Below, in pieces: positions 12,706 through 23,522 of a DNA stretch of 64,000 nt. This stretch comes from Callorhinchus milii (Eukaryota): the NCBI RefSeq assembly GCF_018977255.1, contig NW_024704742.1:114826001-114890000 (forward strand), written 5' to 3'. Every line of letters starts with the position of its first letter. Position 1 is the stretch's first letter. Both the position numbers and the translations under genes were made by a program. Below the pieces are notes generated by a model that did no database searches, was not told the DNA's origin, and saw only the letters and a program-made list of their open reading frames with translations.

Positions 12706-12914
12706 CTATCACCATTGACTGGGGAAGATCCAGCAGAATAGCGGTGGGAAACCACAACGCCGGCCTGAACCGAAAGCTCAGATCCACCCATAGCCCAGAG
12801 ACATTGAGAAGCGGCAAAGAGCTGGACTGGAGACGTCGGGACTGGACTCGCTGCTTCCGAGTGTCCTGATAGGCATCCAGTCTCCAGAGGTCACAGCATC
12901 TGGCAGTTCCCCAT
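12626..12914 (-). CDS. MSH3: Candidate MSH3 terminal coding exon (uncertain)
   Basis: Acceptor cagcag|A completes the phase-2 codon AG+A=R, then reads WGTARCCDLWRLDAYQDTRK. The spacing R-x8-LW-x5-QD-x2-K matches the human C-terminus as I recall it ([21 protein letters not shown]). The polypyrimidine tract is weak, and the ORF runs into repeats before TAG at 12628-12626. Confidence 0.3.
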
Positions 12915-13526
12915 CTGCTGACAGCTGCACCACAGGGTAAACACAGCACTGAACTGTTTATCAGTTTCCCTGGATGAAGCACCTGTGTGTTTGCTATGAC
13001 TTATAAATTATTGCACGAGAAATCTTGAAAAAATTGTCTCGAAGTTCAATGTTACACCACAGAAATGGGTCAGCAAGCAGCAGGTTGCCAAATAAATATG
13101 CAAAAGGGTCAGGACAAACACAAGAAATATGGAGCATCTGTCTGTGCATGTTTAGCCATCACACTGGAAGAAAATAATATATCAGTTTGAACAATATGCC
13201 TTCTGGACTTCATAAATCAGCGTTCAAGTCTTGGCAAATATCATCCCTGCTTAAGTAGAACATTCTTATCAGATACAGTAAGAATACTCGAAGTTTGCTT
13301 AACCTCAACCTTGCTGCTGGCAGGTTGACATTTTAATATTGGTAACAGATGTAAAATCTTAATGCACAAAGCTTTATAAAAGCCAGGCGAGCCAAAAAAA
13401 AGTAGAATTAAATGTTTTTTTTTTATCTTTCAAGATGCTTAAAAGTTTGAGAAAAATCAGCAAGACGCTTTTTAAGAACAAAAAAAATTCCTGTAATTCT
13501 TAAATCAGGATCACGGGCGTTCATAC

Positions 13527-13701
13527 CTTTTCATGTTCACTAAGCCTTCCAGTGCCTTGGATTTCTGAGCAGCTTTCTTTAGTACTTCATCAGGCATGTG
13601 GGCCAGTTTGGCCACGTTTAAGCCATAGCTGCAAGCTGCAGCCCCCTCAGTCATCTGATAGAGGAAAGTGATGAACTCCGGCTGCAATTTCTCCACCAAT
13701 C
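13527..13701 (-). CDS. MSH3: MSH3 coding exon (C-terminal helix-turn-helix, [10 protein letters not shown]; probably equivalent to human exon 23), 175 bp
   Basis: Translates as (G)[57 protein letters not shown](R). Acceptor gcacag|GA, donor AAAAG|gtatga. The phase 1 start matches the previous exon. Confidence 0.96.
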
Positions 13702-13909
13702 CTGTGCGGATTAAAAGGGCAGGTGTGTCAGTCAATCTTCTTTCAGGCAAACAATTAAACCAGATGGCTGGTGTCGGAAAGTGAATACAGCTGTTCCCAC
13801 AGTGTAACAAAGCGCAGGCAGGATTTAAACTGCACACCACGCAGAAAACGGTTTGATGAAACGTACCAAAAAAAAGGTTCACTTACGTGTAAAGTTCAGC
13901 ACTTTTAGT

Positions 13910-14095
13910 AAATAAAAATAATTTGATCACTCAATCCACGACTGTTTGTGGGACACTGCTGTGCGCACTTGGCTGCTGCGTTTCGCCCACAAATGTAGTC
14001 AATTCACTTTACAGTATATGCTGTGAAGCGCTTTGAGACATCTAGAAGATGTGAAAAGCGCTATACTAAATGCAAGGATTATTAATTATTATTAT
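13910..14095 (+). mobile_element. 5'-truncated tRNA/CORE-type SINE (3' half)
   Basis: gatcactcaatccacgactgtttgtgggacactgctgtgcgc...aaatgcaaggattatt. Confidence 0.85.
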
Positions 14096-14859
14096 AAAAG
14101 GGGAATAGGTATGTGGACTGTCAGTATAGATAGCATCACAATTGTCAAGGAGAAAGGAACAGATGAGAGAGAAGGAATAGAAGGGAAAGGGAGGTGGTAA
14201 GGAGAAAGTGGGGACTCATGTGCAGTATAATTATAAACTATAAGGATTATTATTATAAACAAGACTAGTTGGGCCGAATTATCATTTTCCGTGCTGGACA
14301 GAAGTTCAACACTACACTAAAGTGAAACTGAAAAAACCCAGCTAATCCTAGACAGAGCAGGAAGTAACATCTTCCAAAACATAGTCTGTACAGATCAGGC
14401 TCACCAGAACACTGTTTCCTTGTCAGCTCCCAACCCTACATCGTTCTTGAATTATCCATTTATAGTTCCCAGCAAGTTATTATAAGGAAAATCTGGATCC
14501 CAAATCCATGAACATTTCAGCTTGTTTTCCCCAGCATAATTTATCGTATTGAAGAAACCCAATTAAGGAGATATTTCAAAAAGCTGACCATCATTTGACA
14601 GTAAAAATACCGGATTAAACAAAACACCTATATAAAACATTAAGGGCTATGGGGAGATTAGGAAAAAGGGATTAATAAAAAGGGGATTTAGGAGATATAA
14701 GTAGCAAAAGCACAGATGTGGTGGACCAAATGGGCCTCTTTCATGCAGAACATTTCTATCTTTTCTTGAATCGCCCTCTCTTGCTTTGCTTTATTAAAGA
14801 AAAGTAGAGAAGAAATGAAGGTGCTTTTTATCCAATACAAGAACTGCAAAATGTCTCCT

Positions 14860-15202
14860 CATCTCCCCTCTGGTTCTTTTGCCAATTATCTTAAATCTAT
14901 CTCCCTGGTTACCGACCCACCTGCCAGTGGAAACAGTTTCTCCCTATATATTCTGTCAAAACCCCTCATAATTTTAAACACCTCTATTAAATCTCCCTTA
15001 ACCTTCTCTGCTCTAAGGAGAACAATCCCTAGTTGCTCTAGTCTCTCCACATAACGAAAGTCCCTCATCCCTGGTACCATTCTGGTAAATCTCCTCTGCA
15101 CCCTCTCCAAGGCCTTGATATCCTTCCTAAAGTGTGATGCCCAGAATTGGATACAATACTCCAGCTGAGGATTAACCAGTGACTTATAAAGGTTTAGCAG
15201 AA
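14860..15202 (-). mobile_element. CR1 LINE ORF2 C-terminal fragment
   Basis: LEYCIQFW then LERVQRRFTRMVPGMRDFRYVERLEQLG..GDLIEVFKIMRGFDR, canonical CR1 motifs. Confidence 0.92.
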
Positions 15203-16384
15203 CTTTAGGTCCAAGTCATTTATGGTTCTGTGGAGGGGTTTTCTTGCTGGAACAGAAATGAGTAAAATAATAAGAGCAAAATATCTTCCAGTGTTAATTC
15301 TTTGTTTATCTTCCCTTGCAACGATGAGTGGATTTTCCATCTGGTCTATAAAAACATTAATTTTGACAACTTGTATTTCATCCTCAATCTTCTCTGTTCC
15401 AGCAAGAATGCATGTCCATTGAACTATAACCTTGTATCACCCAAGTGCATTACTGCTGAATCACCTCCATGGCTGTGATATCCCTGTCAGGTACAACAGA
15501 TAAAAAGTTGTGGTATAAGGATGAAATCTAAAAGTTCAGAACGTATTCAGAATCCACACCATCTCTGGAGCCCTTTGATTAGGTTGAAGTATTGTAGTTA
15601 GTTGCTGCTTTTTCATTATTCTGTATATAAAGGTGGCATATTAGTTATTGTATTCAATGCAGAAAATAACAGCTTCCTGTTATTAGAATAATAATAAATT
15701 AGAAATGCACACAATGAACCTCAATCGTTATCTTTATCTTCTAATACATAATCCATGATGATAAGAGACTGTTTTAAGGAAGGAATAGTTTCTTAATGCT
15801 TGGCATCAATTGCATGTGGATTTCCAGCTGTTAAAGATAAGATGGGAAACTGGAATCTCAGCACAAGTAGAATATAATAATAATAATCCTTGCATTTGCT
15901 ATAGCGCTTTTCACGTCTTCTCTACGTGAAAGTACAGGTAAGACTGCTAATAAAAACAATTTACATTTAAACAGCAGCTTTCACTTAGGGAAGACGTCTC
16001 AAAGCACCTCATACAACTGACTGAGTACCCGCACTGGAGGTTTGGGTGGGGGGTAGTGGGAGGGAGATGTTGAAAAAAGTGCAGTTCAAGAGATTGATCT
16101 GATTGTTTTTTATATTCCAATCATGAACCCAACATAGTTGTGTTAGAATTGCTGATGGAGGAAACTTGCTTTAAAAATTCAAGAATAAAACACAATCTTC
16201 ACCCCCAGAGTATCCAAAAAGTACACTGGGCCAAAAGGAAATCAAGTCTGAAGAAATTCTCATCGCTCCTGTCACTTCAACAAAAGAAACTAGAGATTTT
16301 ATTTTCTTTAACTCTTTAGAAGCAGTATGGAAATTGCGTATACATTTCCCCATCAACGACTCTGACACAACTATAATAATTAAC

Positions 16385-16566
16385 AGAAGTTGCTGGGAAC
16401 GCTCAACAAGTCAGGCGGTAGTGAATACAATGCAGCGTCTGACGAAAGATCATCAACCTGAAATATTATCTCACTTCCCTCTCTCCATAGATACTGCCTG
16501 ACCTACTGAGTGTTCCCAGCGACTTCTTTACTTCAGATTTCCAGCATCTGCAGTATTTTGCCTTCT
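16385..16566 (+). mobile_element. Penelope-like pseudo-LTR relic with inverted arms and a degenerate hammerhead-like motif
   Basis: Imperfect 36-bp inverted repeat at 16385-16420 / 16492-16527. CTGACGA at 16439-16445 and GAAA at 16460-16463. The downstream ctctctccatagatactgcctgacc..ttccagcatctgcag resembles shark Penelope-type repeats as I recall them. Confidence 0.7.
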
Positions 16567-16849
16567 GACACAACTATGTTGTGTTCAAGACTGGAATATT
16601 AAAAATGCACATTATGGTTCGTGTTAAATGGAAGCTGTTAAGTTAGCACAACAAGTGGACATCCTTTCTGTTTACTGGCATTAATATATATTGTATGCTG
16701 CTACTGTGAGCTGTGCTGAGTGCCTGAAACATGAGAGGACTTAGATAAAGCGAGAACAATTCGGTCTGACCATGCAAGTGGAAATGTCTCCATGTACCGC
16801 TATCAGCAAAACAGTAGATTAGACCGGAAAGCTGAACAGAAGGCGTTTT

Positions 16850-17800
16850 CCTTGACCAACCACCCCCTCCCCACTACCCAACTCCCTGACTGGCCTTTTC
16901 CATTAGCTACAGTTGCCTGAGCTGCAATAATCTTTTTCTATTCCAAACATATCCTCCAGATTAATTGAGCTCCGTGGGAACCTGTGCTTTCGGTAGGTTA
17001 GGTGGAACACCCCTTTGTTCCAGCACTACTCAGGCTAGCTCCTAACCTCTTCCTTTACTGCTCTGATGACTGACTTAGTGCTGCTTTCTCCTCTTGCTCT
17101 GATCTGGAACTGCCTCAAAGACTATGCCTGTCATTTCCACCAAGCCCTCACTCATCCCTAACTGAGTTTATCCCTAACTATTCCCTGACGTTTTTCTCTC
17201 TCTCAGATAATGTTCTTACAACTGACATACATTACAATTCCACAGACTCCCACAGCTACTTAGATTTTCATTCTTCCCACTCATTCTCCTGCAAAGGTTC
17301 CATTCCTTTCAGCTTCTCCGTCTCTGACCCATCAGCTTTAATCACTCCACTTCCTGCACCAGAGCTTCAAAAAGGGCATTTTTTATCCTTCGAGAGGGTT
17401 TCCCTAGTCACTAATCACGAAGCTTCACTTCCAACGTCAGTGATCACAACGGCTGTCTGGTCCTGGTTTCACCCCTCAACTCTTATTCTCTTTCCTCTTC
17501 TCTCAACAGTGACAGATTCCTTTCTCTCATTTCACCAGCCTCCTGACCATCCAGGTTAATACTCAGGATTTTTTCCACCAACATCACAATTCCAACCCCA
17601 GACACCAACTCCCTTCCCTTTCAGGAAGAGCCAATCCCTTGGTGACACTTTCATTTACTCCTCTATCACCCTACACACCATCTCTCCCTTCCCCTCAGTC
17701 ATGCTCTCTTGCAACTGCAAAACCATGTGCCTTCATTTTTTCCCACCGCTCACTCTGTGGTCCAAAACGCTGTCTACATGTGAGATAGCAATTCATTGAG
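16850..17800 (+). mobile_element. Decayed Penelope-like (Neptune-type) retroelement ORF: RT C-terminus, thumb and linker
   Basis: LFLYCSDD* (relic of YxDD) near 17048-17075. TDIHYNSTDSHSYLDFHSSHSFSCKGSIPF at about 17221-17310, followed by LLRL..TRASKRAFFILREGFP and GPKRCLHVR. Frameshifted. Confidence 0.8.
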
Positions 17801-19391
17801 TGTGTGTGTCTCAATATCTGCACTCACTCTTTATCCCGGCTATTCAAATACTTTGTACTTTTCGAGATAAGAGTACTTTGGAAAACTTGTCAACTCCATT
17901 AAAGTAGTAATTTGAACCACTGTATTTCGCTTGGAGTGACAGAGTTTCACTATAATTTGAAAGTTTTTTTCGGCTGTTCTGTTTGGGTATTCAAAGAACT
18001 GGGAAAGCTTTCTCCAATGTCCTGCTGTATAAAGTAGGTATCACTGATACGCACTGTGGTTTAATGGTGTTAGGTATGCATCAAATTGCCCCGTGCATAA
18101 TGGGGCGAGTTTGGTATTGGTAGTTAACTGTCTGTTTCCTGGTCCTACAACTTGCAGGACTTGTACCCAAATCCCTCTGTTACTTTGCTTGCCTCTATTC
18201 TTATAAATCCGATTCAGAGTCTGCACAGGCAGCTTTAATATCAACAGTTGAATAGCTTTTTATTCCGGTATCTGTCAATAATGAGTACATAACAAGAAAG
18301 CGTGAAAGCTTTCCTTGTCATACTGTGAAGTAAGTAAGGATGTACTGTGTAATCAAAGCAGCATTTACGAATTTATACTGGCCTGTGCTATTGAACTGTT
18401 TGGCTTGGCTTTGCCAAGCAAAGCAGCAAAATCTAGTTTCAGATGACAAGTCTGACGTTATGTGCATGTAGAGGAATGACTACTGCCTAGGGTAAAATGT
18501 CTAGACAATGTGCAACTACAACTGAAAATGTATTGTGCTTTAGGAAGACACCACTATCACCAGATATATTTGAGTCAAAACACCAAACTGCTTGGTTTAA
18601 TTGTTTTTCACATTAGTTAAAAAGAAAAACAATTGCTAAGCCTATGCGAAGAGCAAAGATTGAGAAGAATAGGTGAAACAATGAGAATACTCATGTAGTG
18701 ATGGTTGGGTGATTTGTTTTGTAATGTCGCCTTGGGACGTCCTCCTGATGTGAAAGGCGCTCTATAAATGGAATCTTGTTGTTGTTTTACATTTAGATGC
18801 CTGTGGGTTGCAGGAAGATGGGAAAATTGTGGGGAGAGTTTCACAATTTTGAGGGTCTCAGGATAAGAAAGTTGCTACAGGTTTTAATTTCAACAGTGAG
18901 TATTCAAGGGAACATCAGGAGAATATAAGGATGTGTACTTGGTCCTGAGGAGGAGCAAGACAAAAATGTTCTGAGAAAAGCAACATAGTATTATTGATGA
19001 AGGTTTCAATGGTCAGAATGACAGTTTAGAGGCTAGATAGAAGAGAGGACAATGTACACTTCAAGGCTGTTTGTGGGACATTGCTGTGTGCAAATTATTC
19101 CATTCCAGAGTCCCTACAACTTGCCCTTTCCCTCATCTCCATCAAGGTGCAGCTCAAACCCTTTCTCTTTGACCATGCCTTGGGGCATCCTCCCGACATT
19201 AAAGGTGCTATGCAAATCGAAATCTGTTGTATTATTATTAAATTCCTGTGCCACAGTTCTGTCCACTTGCTTAATGTGTCTGTCTCCATATTTCTTGCAT
19301 TATTATATCAAAAAGACTGCATTAAATATAAGGACTCTTATTATTATCTTAAGCATCAGAGTTCAGTTTATCAGACATGAAACTTTCATAC

Positions 19392-19518
19392 CTTTTTGTT
19401 CATCCTCCTCCTCATTCAGCAGGAAGGCCATGTGATAGTTCCGGACATTCTCTGGATACAGTCTCTCCAGCTCACACAGAGGAGGATAGTGCGTTACAAA
19501 CAGGGTCAGGGATTTGAC
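19392..19518 (-). CDS. MSH3: MSH3 internal coding exon (FVTHY motif; probably equivalent to human exon 22), 127 bp; not listed in this frame in the ORF track
   Basis: Manual translation gives [42 protein letters not shown] plus one base. Acceptor ttccag|GTC, donor AAAG|gtatga. Starts in phase 0 and ends in phase 1, matching both neighbouring exons. Confidence 0.96.
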
Positions 19519-19704
19519 CTGGAAACAATATCACAATGCCTTCAACAAGTTGTAGGACTGAATTTCCCAGTAAACACAATCAATGTATGGCCTCTAGAAA
19601 TAACAACTTGGGTTAAAAAATCTGAAAACAAAATTAGCATTCAAGAAACTGAATATATTTAATCAGTTCTACAATACAACAAACTTCAGCATCCATCATC
19701 TTAT

Positions 19705-20310
19705 ACAACAACAAAATTACATTTGTATAGCGCCCTTCACGTCAGGAGGACATCCCAAGGCGCTGGTCAGTCAGAGTTTCGGACCTGAGCTAGGTATCAG
19801 GATTGGGGAGGGTGGAGGGGATGGGGGGGAAGCAGGGAGATCGAAAGCACGGTTGAAGAGTAAGGTCTTGAGATGGGTCTTGAAGGTGGCAAGAGAGGGA
19901 AAAGGCGGAGGATGCGGGATGGAGTTCCAAAGGGTGGGAGCAAAGTGGTTGAAGGCCCACCTGCCAATGGTGGGGTGAGCGACGCGGGGGACATGAAGCA
20001 GGCCAGAACCCGCTGAGCGGAGGGAGCGAGCAGAATGGTAGGGGGTTAGGAGGTCACAGAGGTAGTGGGGAGCAAGACCATGGAGGGGTTTGAAGGTGAG
20101 GACTAGGATCTTGAACTGTAACCTCTGTGTGATGGGAAGCCACTGGAGTCGGATGGGGGTGATAGGGTCATGGAGCCCGCTGTGCGAGAGGGCACGGGCT
20201 CCAGAGTTCTGGATGATCTGCAGCTTATGGAGGGAGGAGTTGGGGAGGCCAACAAGCAAGGAGTTTGCAGAGTCAAGCCTCGATGTAATGAAAGCGTGTG
20301 TGAAGGTTTC
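19705..20310 (-). mobile_element. L2 LINE 3' fragment
   Basis: HAFITSRLDSANSLLVGLP..LQWLPITQRLQFKILVLTFK..APTLWNSIP..FKTHLKT, plus the tail. Confidence 0.93.
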
Positions 20311-20965
20311 GTACATGCTTTCATTACATAACAATTCAAGTAAAGAGCTGCACACACAGGCTCAGATATAGCCGGTAAAAATTACAATGTATTGTGTCAT
20401 CAGCTTGTTATTAAATATGTACAGCACTAACTCTCACTCAGTTTCTATGAGCACTTTAATGCATAAATGATTATGTTCATTTTCACCCCACTGTTTGAAC
20501 ACTTTTAGAAAAAGTTGAGACTAAGATTAGTTTAATTAAAAAAAATTGACTTCATTATTTGCATAGTTTTTGTTGTGAGTTATATTTACATACAATTACA
20601 TGGAATCGACTAAAGAGGATTCTAGTTTATTAGGCACATAAATTATGTTGACCATACAACATAATTTTACCCAACTACAGTCCATAGCAGTGTCGAAATT
20701 AAATCTTTCACCAATCCTAACTCCCAACTCTTCCCTAGCATCCCTCCTTACCCCACAATTCCTTTCTCCTTCATGAAACAAGCATTGGATAGAATTTACA
20801 AGAGCGAAACTCAAAGAGATCTCGGAGTGTTAGTTGGCTCATTGCTTACCATGCCAAAATAGTGTGACAGAGAAAAAAAAAACTTAAAGCAAACAGGATG
20901 TTGCCTTTGTGGCCAAATCAGTTTAGTTCAGATCCTCAGAAGTTATACTCAATAATAATAATTGT

Positions 20966-21278
20966 GGAGTCCTGTGGCTCAGTGGTTAGAGCACTCGCCT
21001 CACAAGCGAGAGATCTGGGTTTGATTCCCGGCAGGGCGAAATCTTGGGCAAGTTTCCTTATTCCACACGCCTGATAATAATCCTTCAAGAAAAAAAAATA
21101 ATAATTTGGTCACTTCAATCCACGACTGTTTGTGGGACACTGCTGTGCACAATTGGCTGCCGCGTTTCGCCCACAAAAATGCAGTCAATTCACTTTACAG
21201 TATATTCTGTGAAGCGCTTTGAGACATCTAGAAGGCGTGAAAAGCGCTATATCAAATTCAAGGATTATTATATTATTA
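20966..21278 (+). mobile_element. Full-length tRNA-headed SINE, short variant (CmiSINE-like)
   Basis: tRNA head, cttgggcaagtttcctta CORE-like start, Deu-like 3' segment, L2-like tail and (ATT)n. Confidence 0.9.
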
Positions 21279-21283
21279 CTGTT

Positions 21284-21416
21284 AATAATAATCCTTGCAT
21301 TTGATATAGTGCTTTATCCTGTCTTTGAGATGTCTCAAAGCGTTTCATAGAAAGCACCGTAAAGTGAATTAGTTGTGTATTTTGTACGTGAAACAAAGCA
21401 GCCAATTGAGCACAGA
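21284..21416 (-). mobile_element. SINE 3' fragment, tail-to-tail with the preceding copy
   Basis: aataataatccttgcatttgatatag...gcagccaattg is the reverse complement of the SINE tail. Confidence 0.85.
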
Positions 21417-21469
21417 GCTAGAGAACCAAGTTCTATAGCTTGAGCATGATATCTGGGCACCTAAAGCAC

Positions 21470-21840
21470 TTCACGCAGTTCTGGTCACCATGACAAAAGG
21501 GGCTGCCTTGGCCCTAGAGGCAGTGCAGAGGAGAGCAACACAGATGATGTGTTAGAGGAATGAGTTATGAGTGACAATTAGAAAAGCTGGCTCTGTTCAG
21601 TTTGAAAGGAGATATCTCAGTGGGGACCTTAGACAAGAAAAACATTTTAAATTACCCAGAGGATAATTAACAAGTACAACAGATTACCAGACAGGCTGGT
21701 TGAGGCTAAGCTCTGGACTCATTTAAAAAAAGAAAAACAGCTTTGTGCTGTGATGGAAAGATGGTGGGGTGGGCATTCTGTAAGCATGAGATCAAATGGG
21801 CCTGGAGGGCCTTCTTCATCTGAACCAATCTTGTAATGTT
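21470..21840 (+). mobile_element. Old CR1 3' remnant
   Basis: cagttctggtcacca (QFWSP), ctagaggcagtgcagaggagagcaaca (LEAVQRRAT), ctggctctgttcagtttg. Confidence 0.7.
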
Positions 21841-23129
21841 GGCATTGTTTCCTCCTGAATGCACTGATGCTCAAAATGTCACAGAATATCAAAGATGTCA
21901 ACAACTAACCACATTCATCCAAATTTATAGCCTAGGTCTGATAATGTCCGGAGGTTTCTTAGACTTAAGATCGTTAAATCATACGCTACTCTGATGGAAT
22001 AAGCAACCAATCCACAGAGTGCACAGACTTGTGTTGCTTTCGGAGAGATAAAGGCAGAGAGGGAGAAAAAGGTAGGTAAAAAGATGGGAGCGCAGTGAAG
22101 GAGGGAGGGAACATAGGGAGGAAGAGAACATAGGGTACATGGAAAGCAGACTCGGTTAACTGGGGAATACAACATAAGAGTGAATAACCTAAAACTACAG
22201 AATGAAATATATAAAAGATAGTCCCATGACTTTAGAATTTCCACCGGTACCGTGGGGATTGAACATAATCCAGTTCTTTTGCCTTTCTATTTATAGTGTT
22301 CCAAGTGATCTGTTATCAAATACACATAGAACTAATCAATCAAGGCACATGCAAACAGAGACAGTTATTCTGCTTGCGACTACTGAAGTCCGCATTATAG
22401 TTTGTTTCAACACCTTTTCTGACACAAACAAAGCTGCTGTAAAGCAGCTATCATATTAAAAACAATGGATCTCAGCTGTTCTTTCCGAAGAGGGGAGAAG
22501 CATAGTTACTAAGTTGTTCCATCATAAATCTTAAGTGCCAGTTGTTGATTGAATTTCATCAGGTACCACAGAGCAGTGAGGTGTAAAGTCAGACTGCCAT
22601 CTCCAACAATGCAGCCTTAACACAGCCTTACAATATGTGAGTTCAAAGTCCCAATGTGGGGCTTGAACCCAAAATCTTCTGACTCAAGAGACAAGAGTGC
22701 TACCAACCAAGCCAGGCTAACACTATGAGGTGCTATGTCAAATGCAAGGATTATTATATTATTATTGTTGTGGATTACGGTTTGAAACAGTGCTAAAGAG
22801 TTTACCGCACTATCAACTATCAAATCGTCTGGTGCATTGGATATAAAACAAGCTTACTGTATATATCTGTACATATAGCTAATACAATTCCAACAGCAAA
22901 AAAATTCCTATAATTTTCAGACCTCCTTGCAACCTGCATCGTATTTTGTAAACAAATTCCTTCCGACTGCTTCAACCAATTGAACAAGATTGTTGAACAC
23001 GTGCAATCTGATAACCCAGCCTGACTGAGCTACCTCAGAAAATGCACTGCTTTTGCAGTGGATGAGTCCCGGGGACATTTTCAGATGCTTTCACAAATTA
23101 AAGTTTCCACAAGGCTGTCAGTCTTTCAT

Positions 23130-23522
23130 CTACCTCGATTTCAAGATCCACACTCTCATGTTCAAATCCATTCACTCTCTGGCACCTCCCTACCTCTCTG
23201 ACCTCCTCACTCCCCAATCCACCACCCGGCGCCTCCGCTCGACCGGAACTGGCCTCCTGCTCATCCTTCTCACCCTCCGCCTACCCATCGCAGGTCGCAC
23301 TTTCAGCCACTACGCCCCAAAACTCTGGAACAGTCTTCCTCAATACCCCCACCTTGCCCCCTCTCTCTCCTCTTTCAAGTCCCACCTATAAACTTTCCTC
23401 TTCGACTGTGCTTACGGCCACTTGCCCCCTCCCCCCGGCTCGGAGTCAGGCTCCACCACTGTTAAGCGCTCTGAGACACTACCCTGCAATGGAGGGCGCT
23501 ATATAAGTGCGCATTGTTGTTG
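23130..23522 (+). mobile_element. L2 3' fragment (second tail type)
   Basis: DFKIHTLMFKSIHSLAPPYLSDLL..FSHYAPKLWNSLP..SFKSHL, with a (TTG)n tail. Confidence 0.9.
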
